Shown: in pieces, positions 27,715 through 39,734 of the stretch
How the letters are laid out: each line of letters begins with the position of its first letter
How positions within the stretch are numbered: position 1 is the stretch's first letter
DNA from: an uncultured Actinomycetes bacterium
Lineage (GTDB): Bacteria; Actinomycetota; Thermoleophilia; UBA2241
DNA length: 64,000 nucleotides
Reading direction: 5' to 3'
Assembly: GCA_963755025.1 (NCBI GenBank)
Contig: CAVWIH010000033.1
Location: 64,001-128,000 of the forward strand
Translations under genes and position numbers: made by a program
Notes under the pieces: model-generated
The model's input: only the letters and a program-made list of their open reading frames with translations
What the model was told of the DNA's origin: nothing
Database searches by the model: none

Positions 27715-29149
27715 ATGGACGGGCTCGTCGGGCAGCTCCGTTACGACCGGCGCCTGCTGGCGCTCAGCGTCGCGTTGCAGCTCGCGCTCGGCCTGGTGCT
27801 CGGCCACTCCTACGACACGCGTCTCTTCATGGCGACCGGCTTTCTCGCCGGCACCGGCCGCGACCCGTACGCGGCGCTCGACCTCGTGCGCGTGTTCCAC
27901 CACGCCGGCTTCAGCCACATCACCTCGGTGGGGTATCCGCCGCCCTGGCCGCTGCTCGCCGGCCTGATCTACCGCGTGAGCTACGCGCCGACCCACGACC
28001 TGCTGCTCTACAATCTGGCCCTCAAGCTGCCGGTGATCGCCGCCAACGTCGGTCTCGCCTACCTGGTCGCGGCCATCCTGCGCGAGCGCGGCGCCTCGTC
28101 GGCCGTCGCCCGGCACGCCTGGGCGCTGCTGCTCCTGAACCCCTTCCTCGTGTACGTGGGGGCGGCCTGGGGCGAGATCGACGCCATCGTCGCCCTGCTC
28201 GCCCTGGCGGCCCTGTGGCTGCTCTACCGCGGTCGCGGTGACCTGTCGGCCGTGCTGCTGGCCCTGGCCTTCTGCGTGAAACCCATCGCCCTGCCGCTCC
28301 TGCCCGCCGCCCTGCTCTACCTGGCGTCGCGCTCGCTGCCGCGGGCGCTGCGTTACGCCGGCGTGTGGCTGGGCGCCGCGCTCCTGTTGTACGTCGCGCC
28401 GTTCTTTGCCTTCGGCTGGGACCGGACGCCGTTCACCCAGAGCCTGAACGTCCACTTCGTGCACCAGGGGGCGCTCTCGTTCATGACAGTCGTCAGGCTC
28501 TTTCGCGACCCCCTGCTCATGCAGGGCCGGTGGTGGTTGCTGGGCCTGGCCTGGGCGCCGGCCCTGGTGCTCGGCGTCGTCGTGCTCTGGGCGCGGCGCG
28601 GTCGGCCGGCGCCCGACGGCGCGGCGCAGTTCGCGCCCGACGGCGGCGCGCCGCCGGCGCGCCGCGCGGGCGGCGTCACCTCGCCGGCGCGCCGCGCGGG
28701 CAGCGTCACCCCGCCGCCGCCCGCATGATGACTTCGACGAGCTGCTCACGATGGCCACGGGGCTCACCCTGCTCGTCTTCCTGACGCGCACCTGGGTCGC
28801 CGAGCCCAACATCGTGCTGATCGTCCCCCTGGTGGCTCTGCTGACCGCCACGGGCGCCCTCGACCGCCGCGCCCTGACGGCCGTCTGGGCCCTGCCCCTG
28901 GCGTTCACGGTGTTCAACGCCTCGCCGCTGCAGCTGCTGTGGGTCTCGGCGCCGGGCCTCATGGCGCGGCTGCTGGCCGACGTCGGCCGCTACGGCCAGG
29001 CCACCCTGCTGGCGCGCGCCGCCCTGGTGGTCGCCTGGCAGGTCGCGGGCTGGTGGATCGTGGTCGTCTGCTTGCGGCGGCGCACCGTGGGCGCAGCCCG
29101 GCGCTCGAGCCCGCTCGGCGAGCGGCCGGTCGCGGAGGTGCGGTCGTGA
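27715..29149 (+). CDS. GT-C fold membrane glycosyltransferase (GT87/PIG-M-like; frameshift near 28720)
   Basis: HSYD, GYPPPW, KLP.I.A, LLNP and WGEID motifs; many TM helices continuing in the 28751-29149 frame. Confidence 0.75.
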
Positions 29150-30126
29150 AGGTCGAGGTCGTGAAGGTCGAGGTCGCGTTGCCGGAGGGGCTCGCCCTTA
29201 CCATCGCCGACGGCGCCGCGGACGCTCCCGATGCCGGCGCCGATCGCCCCGACGGCATCCCGCTCGCCCACCGCTCCGCCCATGACGTCGGCGCTCACCC
29301 CTCCGCCCACCATGCCGGCGCTCACCGCTTCGCCCGCCGCGCCGCCGCCGCGCCGGCCTACCCGACGCGGCGCCTGCAGAAGGGGCTGCTGCTCAGCGCC
29401 GACGGCGCGCAGCTCGCCGAAGAGGGCGTGGGCTTTGGCGTGCCCATCCTCAAGCGCGGCCTCACCACCGTCTTTCCGGGCGGCGTCGCGCTGGCCGAGC
29501 GGCCGGTCGCCGGCGGCCGCGAGGTGATGGCCGTTTACGCCATGGACCTGGTCGAGCGGCTCGCCACCGCCGACGGCGCCGCCGTCGGCTCGCCGGCGTT
29601 GTACGTCGCCAAGAACTCGCTGGCGGTGCTCCACCGCCGCGCGCCCGTGCTGCGCGGCCCTCTGACCGCCGCCTCGAACGCCCTGCGTCGCTCGCTCGGC
29701 TGGGAGACGACCTTCACGGCCGAACCCTCGACTATGACCCTCAAGGCGACCTATACGATCCTTGAGGGTTGCGAAGGGGCGCGCGTCGGCGTGGCGGTCG
29801 AGCTCCCCGGCCTGCCCGACGACATCACCGAGGTGGTCCTCATGAACGAGCTCGGCGCGCGGCGCTTCGACCGCTACGTCGACAGCGACGGCGCCGACCT
29901 GCGGGGCCCGGCTATCGGCACCTGGGACCTGGTCACCGCCGACCAGGCGTCGTTCGTCTGCGACTCACAGCGCGCGGCGTTCTCGCTCGCGCAGGCGGCC
30001 GGCGCCACGCTGTACCGGGGCCGCGAGCTGATCGGTACGCGCCTGGCCTGGGCGGGCTTCGGCTACTCGCTGTCTCCGTCTCTGGGCGCTTTTGCCTACG
30101 AGCTCACGATCGCGCGGACCTCGTGA
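29146..30126 (+). CDS. Hypothetical protein coupled to the glycosyltransferase and radical SAM genes
   Basis: GTGA overlaps at both ends; good codon usage; no family recognised. Confidence 0.8.
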   Translation: MKVEVVKVEVALPEGLALTIADGAADAPDAGADRPDGIPLAHRSAHDVGAHPSAHHAGAHRFARRAAAAPAYPTRRLQKGLLLSADGAQLAEEGVGFGVPILKRGLTTVFPGGVALAERPVAGGREVMAVYAMDLVERLATADGAAVGSPALYVAKNSLAVLHRRAPVLRGPLTAASNALRRSLGWETTFTAEPSTMTLKATYTILEGCEGARVGVAVELPGLPDDITEVVLMNELGARRFDRYVDSDGADLRGPAIGTWDLVTADQASFVCDSQRAAFSLAQAAGATLYRGRELIGTRLAWAGFGYSLSPSLGAFAYELTIARTS

Positions 30127-31540
30127 CGACAGTGCTCCTCATCTACCCGTTCTTCCTGGGGCGGCTCGACCGCTCGCGCTTTCGCTTTCCGCCGCTCGGG
30201 CCGGCCTACGTGGCCGCCGCGCTGCGCGCCGCCGGCCACGACGTCGACCTGCTCGACTGCACCTTCCTGAGCCGCGACGAGGCGCTCGGCCGGGCGCGGG
30301 CCTCGGGGGCGCGAGTCGTCGGCATCTACGCCATGGCTACGCTCGGCCCCGAGAGCCGCTGGTTCGCCGAGCGCCTGCGCGGGCGCTGCGACCTGCTGGT
30401 GGCCGGCGGCCCGCTGCCGACCTGCGAGCCCCTCGAGTTCGTGCAGCACTTCGACGCCGTCGTGCGCGGCGAGGGCGAGCAGGCCATGTGCGAGCTGGTT
30501 GCCGCCCACGAGGCGGGCGCCGACATCGGCGCCGTCGCCGGCGTCGTCACCCGAGCGACGGCGCCCGGCGCCGGCGCGGCGGGCCGGGCCGCCGCCGGTG
30601 GGCCGGCGCGTCCCGCGGTCGCCGCCGCCGCGGCGCCGTCGCGCCGCCCCGTCCCTTCGCCACCGACCTCGACGCGCTTGCCTTTCCGGCCCGCGACCTG
30701 CTGCCCAACGCGGCCTACATCGCCCACGGCCGCAAGAAGGACGGCCGCGCCGTCACCACGGTGATGAGCACGCGCGGCTGTCCCTTTGCCTGCGAGTTCT
30801 GCAGCAACGTGGTGTTCGGTCGCTCCTACCGCGAGCGCTCGCCGGGCAACGTGGTCGACGAGATCGAAGAGGCGCTCGCCCTGGGCTACGACCGCATCTC
30901 CTTTGCCGACGACGTCTTCACCCTCGACCGCCGCCGGGTGGCCGCCGTGTGCGACGAGATCGCGCGACGCGGCCTGCGCTTCACCTGGGAGTGCCTGGGG
31001 CGTGTCGACACGCTCGACGGCGAGACCGCACGGCGCATGCGGCAGGCCGGCTGCGACACCATCTTCTTCGGCATCGAGTCGGGCAACGACGCCGTGCTGC
31101 GCTTGATGGACAAGCAGATCACGACCGCCCAGGCGCGCGCCGCCGTCGAGGCCGCCCACGAGGCAGGGCTGCGGGTGGGCGCCTTCTTCATCGTCTACTA
31201 CCCCGGCGAGAGCGACGACACGGTGCTCGACACGCTGCGCTTCGCCGGCTCGCTGCCGCTCGACTACCTGGGCCTGACGATGCCCTACCCGCTGCCCGGC
31301 ACGGCGCTCACGGAGCGGCTCGCCGGCCGCACGCGGCGCGAGTGGCGCCAGCACGGCGGCCTGCTGACCGGCCACGCCCTCACCTTCGACGCCGACGTCT
31401 CGGCCACCAAGATGCGCGTCGCCATTCTCAAGGGGCACGTGCAGTTCGCGCTGCAGCGCCGGCTGGGGAAGAGGCTGGCGGCGCCGGCGCTGCGCGCCTT
31501 CGAGGTTCCTACCGACGCGCTCCTGCGGCGACTGCGCTGA
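30123..31540 (+). CDS. Cobalamin-dependent radical SAM protein 1 (frameshift near 30640)
   Basis: PPLGPAYVAA B12-binding N terminus, RGEGE, TRGCPFACEFC and FGIESG. Confidence 0.9.
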
Positions 31541-32873
31541 GCGCCGGCTCGAGGTCGAGACCGGGTTCCCGGCGGCGCCTGCGCCTGTTCTCGGCAAAGG
31601 CCGCGGTGGTCTCGGCGATGCGCCGCCGCAGCCAGTCGGCGTCGAACTGCGAGTGGTAGACGAAGGTCGTCTCGTTCTCTTCGTTCCAGTCGAGGCCGTC
31701 GTCGGGCCCGCCGAGGCGCCGGAAGAGCGTGGAGCCGGGCAGCGGGAAGGGCACGTTGAACGAGATCTCGTCGAGCGGCAGGGCCAGGGCCAGCGCGAAG
31801 GTCTGCTCGACCGCGGGGACGGTCTCGCCCGGGTAGCCCACGATGAAGAAGCCGGCCACCTCGATGCCGGCCTCGCGGTAGAGGCTCACGGCGCGGATGC
31901 CGTCGCCCACTGTTACCTGCTTGTTCATGAGGGCGAGCGTCGCCTGGCTGCCCGACTCGAGGCCCAGGTAGACGCGCCGGCAGCCGGCCTCCCGCATGAG
32001 GCGCACGGTGGCGCGCCTGATCCCCCGGGCGCGCGACAGGCACGACCAGGTGAGGCCGCGGCCCGCCATGCGCCGGCAGAACCCCTCGAGGTAGGCGATG
32101 TCGAGCGTGAAGGTGTCGTCGGCGATCCACAGGCCGTCGTAGCCCAGGGCGGCGATCTCGTCGACCTCGGCGAAGACCCAGTCGAGGCTGCGGCGCCGCA
32201 CGACGTTGCCGAACACCGGCTTTGAGCAGAAGTCGCAGGCGAACGGACAGCCCAGCGTGACCATGAGCGAGGTGATGGCGGCGCCGCCGGCGCGCCGCCA
32301 CACGCTCTGGTAGGCGGCGTGGTCGAAGTCGCTGCGGTCGGGCCGCGGGAACGACTCGAGGGCGGCCTCGTCGTAGTGCGTGCACGGGTTGTCGATGCGC
32401 ACGCCGTGGTTGGGGATGAACAGGCCGTCGTAGGCGGCCAGCGGCAGGTGCGCCAGGGAGTCGGGCGAGACGCGGCGAGCGAAGACGTCGCCGCAGAACT
32501 GCGGAAAGCTGAGGTCGGCCTCGCCCCGAAAGACGACGTCGAAGTGCTTGGCGAAGCGCCTGGGAAAGACGGTGGGCAGCGCGCCGCCCGCCACCAGGAG
32601 GGCGTGGGGCGCGACCTCGCGCACCATGGCGGCCACGGCGAAGGTGTTGCGCGACAGGCTGACCATCGAGGAAACGCCCACGATGTCGGGCCGGTACGCT
32701 TCGAGCTCGGCGCGCAGCGTGGCCAGATCGCTGAACGTGCAGTCGAAGACCCTGGTCTCGATGTCGCGGCCGCGCAGCTGGGCGGCCAGCGTGGCGATGC
32801 CGAGCGGCGCAAAGAGCATCTCGTTGGCCGACCTCGTGCGAACGTACGGAAAGACGAGCGCCACCCTGCCCAT
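31509..32873 (-). CDS. Cobalamin-dependent radical SAM protein 2
   Basis: APLGIATLAA, RGEAD, TLGCPFACDFC, LGLESGS and FIVGYPGET; ATG behind AAAGGAG. Confidence 0.92.
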   Translation of the reverse strand: MGRVALVFPYVRTRSANEMLFAPLGIATLAAQLRGRDIETRVFDCTFSDLATLRAELEAYRPDIVGVSSMVSLSRNTFAVAAMVREVAPHALLVAGGALPTVFPRRFAKHFDVVFRGEADLSFPQFCGDVFARRVSPDSLAHLPLAAYDGLFIPNHGVRIDNPCTHYDEAALESFPRPDRSDFDHAAYQSVWRRAGGAAITSLMVTLGCPFACDFCSKPVFGNVVRRRSLDWVFAEVDEIAALGYDGLWIADDTFTLDIAYLEGFCRRMAGRGLTWSCLSRARGIRRATVRLMREAGCRRVYLGLESGSQATLALMNKQVTVGDGIRAVSLYREAGIEVAGFFIVGYPGETVPAVEQTFALALALPLDEISFNVPFPLPGSTLFRRLGGPDDGLDWNEENETTFVYHSQFDADWLRRRIAETTAAFAENRRRRRREPGLDLEPALSAVAAGARR

Positions 32874-33023
32874 GCGGCTCCTTTGCGCGGACGACCCCTG
32901 ACCTCGGGGCTTCATACCCACGGGGCCGCTCGCGAAAGCTCGTCTCGCCGTCGCGGCCAACGGACGCGCGCTCGCAGCGGTGCCGTACACTGTGCCCGCC
33001 TGTGGGGCGACAAGGGGGCGAAC

Positions 33024-34484
33024 GTGCACGCGACAACTCGACGCAACGAAGTGCTGCTCGTCTTTCCGGGGAGGTTCAAGGCGCCCGACCCGCAGGTGCC
33101 GCTCCAGTTGCTGCACGTCGCCGGCGCCCTGCAGCGCGCCGGCTACCGGCCGCGCATCTTCGACCTGCGCCTCGCCGACTACCGCACGCTGCCGATCGGC
33201 GAGCCGGTGTTCGTCGGGCTCACCTGCATGAGCGGTCCGCAGATCCGCTACGCCCTGGAGTTCGCCGCCCGGGTGCGCGCGGAGCGGCCGCGCGTGCCCA
33301 TCGTGTGGGGCGGCGTGCACCCCACGCTGCTGCCCGAACAGACCGCCGCCAGCGCGGCGGTCGACGTGGTGGTGCGCGGCGAGGCCGAGACGGTCGTCGG
33401 CCCGCTGGCCGACCGGCTGGCCGCGGGCGCCCCGCTGGCCGACGTGCACGGCCTCACCTACGAGCTCGACGGCGCCGTGGTGAGCACGCCCGACGCCGAG
33501 CTCGCCGACCTCGACGGCATACCGGTCGAGCTGCCCTACGAGCTGCTCGACCTCGCCGGCTACCCCACGCTGCAGGCGGGTCGCGTGCACCTGCAGACCA
33601 GCCGCGGCTGCCCGAGCCGCTGCGGCTTCTGTTACAACACCGGCTTCAACAAGCGCCGCTGGCGCGGCAAGAGCCCGGAGCGCGTGGTGGCCGAGGTGCA
33701 GAGCCTGCTGCGCCGCTTTCCGCAGGTGAAGATCGTCGACCCGGTCGACGACAACTTCTTCGTCGACCGCCGCCGCGCCGAGGCGATCTGCACCGGCCTG
33801 CTCGACGGCGACGTGCGCGCCGCCTGGCGGGCGAACTGCCGCTTCGACTACCTGGCCAAGTACGACGGGGCGTTCGTGAAGCTGCTCGAGCAGGCCGGCT
33901 GCAGGGAGATCGACTTCGGCGGCGAGAGCGGCTCCGAGCGCATGCAGAGCCTGGTCTGCAAAGACGTGAGCGCCGAGCAGATCCTGCAGTCGGCGGCCAA
34001 GCTGGCCGAGTTCGCGCCCTCGATCGACCCGTTCGTCTCGTGGCTGTCGGGGCTGCCCGGCGAGACCTACGCCGACATGGAGCAGACCTTCGACCTGATG
34101 GACGCCATGGGCCGCGTCAACCCGCGCACGCAGCACTACGGCATCTTCCTGTACACGCCGTTCCCGAGCCCGCTGCTCGACTCGCTGCCGGCCACGTTTC
34201 GCCCCCCGCAGTCGCTCGAGGCCTGGGGGGCGATCGAGGTCTTCCACTTCGAGCCGCCCTGGCACACACCCGCCTACGTGCGGCGCCTGCGGGCGATCTC
34301 GGCGGTCACGCGCTACGCCTTCTATCCGCGCTCGCGCATAGACGAGCACGGCCCCGCCTTTCGCGCCGGCTACGGCGCCGTGAGCCGCGCCGCGCGCTAC
34401 CGCTGGAGCCACCGCTACTTCCGCCACCCGGTCGAGCTCGACCTGGCCAACGCCGCGGCCAAGCGGCTGCGCGGCTTTCTGTGA
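33024..34484 (+). CDS. Cobalamin-dependent radical SAM protein 3
   Basis: PLQLLHVAG, WGGVHPT, TSRGCPSRCGFC, FGGESGS and GLPGET. Confidence 0.92.
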   Translation: MHATTRRNEVLLVFPGRFKAPDPQVPLQLLHVAGALQRAGYRPRIFDLRLADYRTLPIGEPVFVGLTCMSGPQIRYALEFAARVRAERPRVPIVWGGVHPTLLPEQTAASAAVDVVVRGEAETVVGPLADRLAAGAPLADVHGLTYELDGAVVSTPDAELADLDGIPVELPYELLDLAGYPTLQAGRVHLQTSRGCPSRCGFCYNTGFNKRRWRGKSPERVVAEVQSLLRRFPQVKIVDPVDDNFFVDRRRAEAICTGLLDGDVRAAWRANCRFDYLAKYDGAFVKLLEQAGCREIDFGGESGSERMQSLVCKDVSAEQILQSAAKLAEFAPSIDPFVSWLSGLPGETYADMEQTFDLMDAMGRVNPRTQHYGIFLYTPFPSPLLDSLPATFRPPQSLEAWGAIEVFHFEPPWHTPAYVRRLRAISAVTRYAFYPRSRIDEHGPAFRAGYGAVSRAARYRWSHRYFRHPVELDLANAAAKRLRGFL

Positions 34485-34608
34485 GGGCGCAGGCACGCGC
34501 GATCTGCGCGGCGTGGCGCACCGATACGACCTCGACCATGGCCGTGGGCCGGGCCACCGGATAGCCTTGGCGGTGCGTCCGGCGTAGGTCACCCAAAAGG
34601 AGCTTCCC

Positions 34609-35076
34609 GTGCCCACCGAGCTGCGCCCCATAGGCGTCATCCACACGCCGTTTGCCGTCAAAGAAGACGCCCCCATCCAGGGCGCCTTTCACCCCGAGAA
34701 CACCGGCGTGGTCGAGGTGGCCCCCGAGTACGCCGAGGGCCTCTCCGACATCGACGGCTTCTCGCACCTGATCCTGCTCTACCAGTTCGACCGCGCGGCC
34801 CCGATCGAGATGGCGCGCCCCACGTTCCTGAGCGACGAGCCCCACGGCATCTTCGCCTGCCGCCACCCGGCACGGCCCAATGCCATCGGGCTGACCATCG
34901 TCACCCTGCTGAGCCGCGAGGGCACTGCCCTGACGTGCGGCGGCGTCGACATGCTCGACGGCACGCCGCTGCTCGACATCAAGCCCTACATCGGGCGCTT
35001 CGACTGCTTTCCCGACGCGAGCGAGGGCTGGTTCGCCGGGCGAGAGGACCGGCCCAAGCCGCCGGGCAGGGAGTAG
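34609..35076 (+). CDS. TrmO/TsaA (YaeB)-family SAM-binding methyltransferase, N-terminal domain only
   Basis: PIGVIHTPF, FSHL, GIFACRHPARPNAIGL and DMLDGTPLLDIKPY motifs. Confidence 0.9.
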   Translation: MPTELRPIGVIHTPFAVKEDAPIQGAFHPENTGVVEVAPEYAEGLSDIDGFSHLILLYQFDRAAPIEMARPTFLSDEPHGIFACRHPARPNAIGLTIVTLLSREGTALTCGGVDMLDGTPLLDIKPYIGRFDCFPDASEGWFAGREDRPKPPGRE

Positions 35077-35215
35077 CGAGCAGGCCGCCTGCCGGCGACG
35101 CAGGAGTGCGACCGCACCGCTGGCCGCGGTCCGGGTCGACCCGCCGTGGACCAGGCCGTGACTAGGGTGTAGCGTCAATCAGTACGACCAACGCAGGGGG
35201 CAATCAGGAGGGCGC

Positions 35216-35889
35216 ATGGCAGCCGACGCATATCCAAGGATTCCTGAGAGCAACTGGTGGAAACTGCGCAATCAGTTCAAGAAGACCATGCCGGCAGCGG
35301 TGACGACGCCGTACATCCGCAGCCTCTTGGGCCTGAACTCCGAAAAGGCGGCCAGTAACCTGCTCACCCCCCTTCGGCGCCTCGGACTGATCGACAAAGA
35401 CAACAAGCCGACGGCTCGAGCCAACGATTGGCGAAACGACGCCAAGTACGCTGACATCTGCAGGGACATGCTCGCTGACGTTTATCCGCAGGAACTTCGC
35501 GATTTGTACAGCGGGCCCGGCATAGACCGGCGCGCGGTCACCGGGTGGTTCGCAGACGTCGCTCGACTTGGACAGGGCGCCGCCGCCATGAACGCTCAGC
35601 TCTATGTGCTGCTCAACGAGGGCGTGCCGCGCTCAAGCGAGGGGCAGCCGAAGAAGGGGAGGTCAAGCCGAAGGCTGCGAAGGCGGCTACCGCGGTGGAG
35701 TCTGATTGGCGGAGCGCCACGTCTTCCGAGGCTCGTGAGGATGGGAGAAAGAAGCCGCTGGATCACGCGCACGAGCCGCAGGGCCCCACCGTGCACATGG
35801 ACTTCCAGATCCACATCTCTCCTGAAGCAGGTGTGGAACAAATTGACGCCATCTTCGCTTCGATGGCGAAGCACCTCTACAACAAGTAG
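35216..35889 (+). CDS. DUF5343-family protein (frameshift near 35655-35660)
   Basis: LR.LGLID.DNKPT N terminus; shifted frame gives HMDFQIHISPEAGVEQIDAIFASMAKHLY; lower GC than flanks. Confidence 0.7.
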
Positions 35890-35896
35890 GGATCGC

Positions 35897-36403
35897 ATGT
35901 TGCTCGAGGAGCTTCGCGTTCGTCTTGGTGCTCTGACGCGCGAGTTGGCCTCCGTTCCGGCCGTCACGCTGACGCGTCCGCGGCCGGTGCATAGGAAGCA
36001 GTTGAGAGACTACTTGGTGGACCGCGACCTCTTGAAGGTCGGCGAGAGGCTGTTCGCCGACGGGCACCATGCTCGTGCCGTCGAGGAGGCTTTCAAGTAT
36101 ATGAACAATCTCGTCAAGACGCGGTCGGGGCGAACGGAGCTCGATGGGGCGCAATTGATGAGGACTGCACTTAGCGCCAAGAACCCGGTTTTGAAGCTAA
36201 ATCCGGGGGCGTCCACTTCCGAGCAGGATGAGCAGCAGGGCTACATGGATATCTGTGCGGGAAGCATGACCGGAATCCGTAACCCGAGGGCTCATGAGTC
36301 CGAGTGGGAAGATTCGGAGGAGCACGCGCTCCAGCTGCTCATCTTGGCGGACCACTTGATAGGCCGCATCAAGGCCGCGACGAAGACGCCCGCGGCTCCG
36401 TAG
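35897..36403 (+). CDS. TIGR02391 (Ymh)-family protein
   Basis: LFADGHHARAVEEAFK, LDGAQLM, EQQGY and GIRNPRAH motifs; own ATG 7 nt after the DUF5343 stop. Confidence 0.85.
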   Translation: MLLEELRVRLGALTRELASVPAVTLTRPRPVHRKQLRDYLVDRDLLKVGERLFADGHHARAVEEAFKYMNNLVKTRSGRTELDGAQLMRTALSAKNPVLKLNPGASTSEQDEQQGYMDICAGSMTGIRNPRAHESEWEDSEEHALQLLILADHLIGRIKAATKTPAAP

Positions 36404-36499
36404 CAGCACCCGAGAATGTTCGAGGTCTTACGACTCCCCGAGGAGCGTTTTGGGTTCCCTCTGCGGTCCGCCAAGGTGGCGACTAGCGGGACAAAGATT

Positions 36500-36575
36500 T
36501 GGTGGAGGTAAGCGGGCTCGAACCGCTGACCTTCTGGCTGCCAGCCAGACGCTCTCCCAGCTGAGCTATACCCCC
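36500..36575 (-). tRNA. tRNA-Ala(GGC)
   Basis: GGGGGTATAGCTCAGCTGGGAGAGCG...CTGGCAG loop...GGTTCGAGCCCGC-TTACCTCCACCA; G3:U70 pair, encoded CCA. Confidence 0.97.
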
Positions 36576-36791
36576 ACCGGGTGCGCCGGCCGTGGCCGGC
36601 GGTTGTTGAGTATACCATCGGGCTCGAGGCTCGCAACTCGACCGGCCGTCCGTGGGTCGCGGACGCGCCTGAGCCTGTCGCCGGCGCCGTGACGGTCGGC
36701 GCCCGGTATACTAGGCTGCGGCGCGGGGAACCTCTGGGCTACTCAAGGTCCGGCGCCGGCAAGCGCTACTTTCGCAAGTGTTCCCCGTCGC

Positions 36792-36851
36792 GGCCAGGTA
36801 AGTCACGGCCAGGTCAGTCACGAGCGAGCAAGTCACGAGCGAGCAAGGAAC
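36792..36851. repeat. Four 15-bp tandem units upstream of leuS
   Basis: GGCCAGGTAAGTCAC GGCCAGGTCAGTCAC GAGCGAGCAAGTCAC GAGCGAGCAAGGAAC. Confidence 0.8.
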
Positions 36852-36861
36852 GGGACCCAAG

Positions 36862-39447
<2,586 letters not shown>

Positions 39448-39734
39448 ACCCTCCCGACCGGCGCCGCGTCGCGCGCGGCCGTGCCGCGGCGCGTCGTCGT
39501 CGCGTCGCGGCGCGTCGCCTTCGCGCCGCGGCCTCGGCGCGTCGCCGTCGCCGTACCGCGGCCTTGGCGCGCCGACCACCGACGCTTCTCGCAGTCCTTT
39601 GCCATCGTCCACGCCGGTCGCGAGCTATCGCGAACCGCGCACCGCCCGCGGCCCGCTGCGCGCCGCCTGGCCGACCCCTAGCCTGTAGCAGCACTGCAGG
39701 TCATCTGGTCACCCGCGTCTGCCGGAGGGGTCTC

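Noticed and set aside
27000-34608. Cobalamin or SAM riboswitch controlling the radical SAM cluster
   Set aside because: No B12-box or SAM-I core recognisable in the intergenic gaps; an Rfam scan would settle it
31509-34676. 1055-aa minus-strand ORF
   Set aside because: Only 31509-32873 is coding; the rest is the antisense shadow of radical SAM 3
35216-36403. 395-aa single ORF
   Set aside because: The middle is out-of-frame sequence; the DUF5343 C terminus is in another frame and the TIGR02391 gene has its own ATG
25125-36499. Complete integrative element bounded by att sites at tRNA-Ala
   Set aside because: I found no duplicated tRNA 3' end, integrase or transposase by eye; only the last two genes differ in composition
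36714-36795. SRP RNA or T-box upstream of leuS
   Set aside because: Lacks the SRP GGAA-tetraloop/AGCAG helix-8 pattern and the T-box TGGNACC bulge
36792-36851. CRISPR-like array (also considered for 46599-46705 and 14014-14082)
   Set aside because: Units are short, degenerate and contiguous, with no unique spacers and no cas genes
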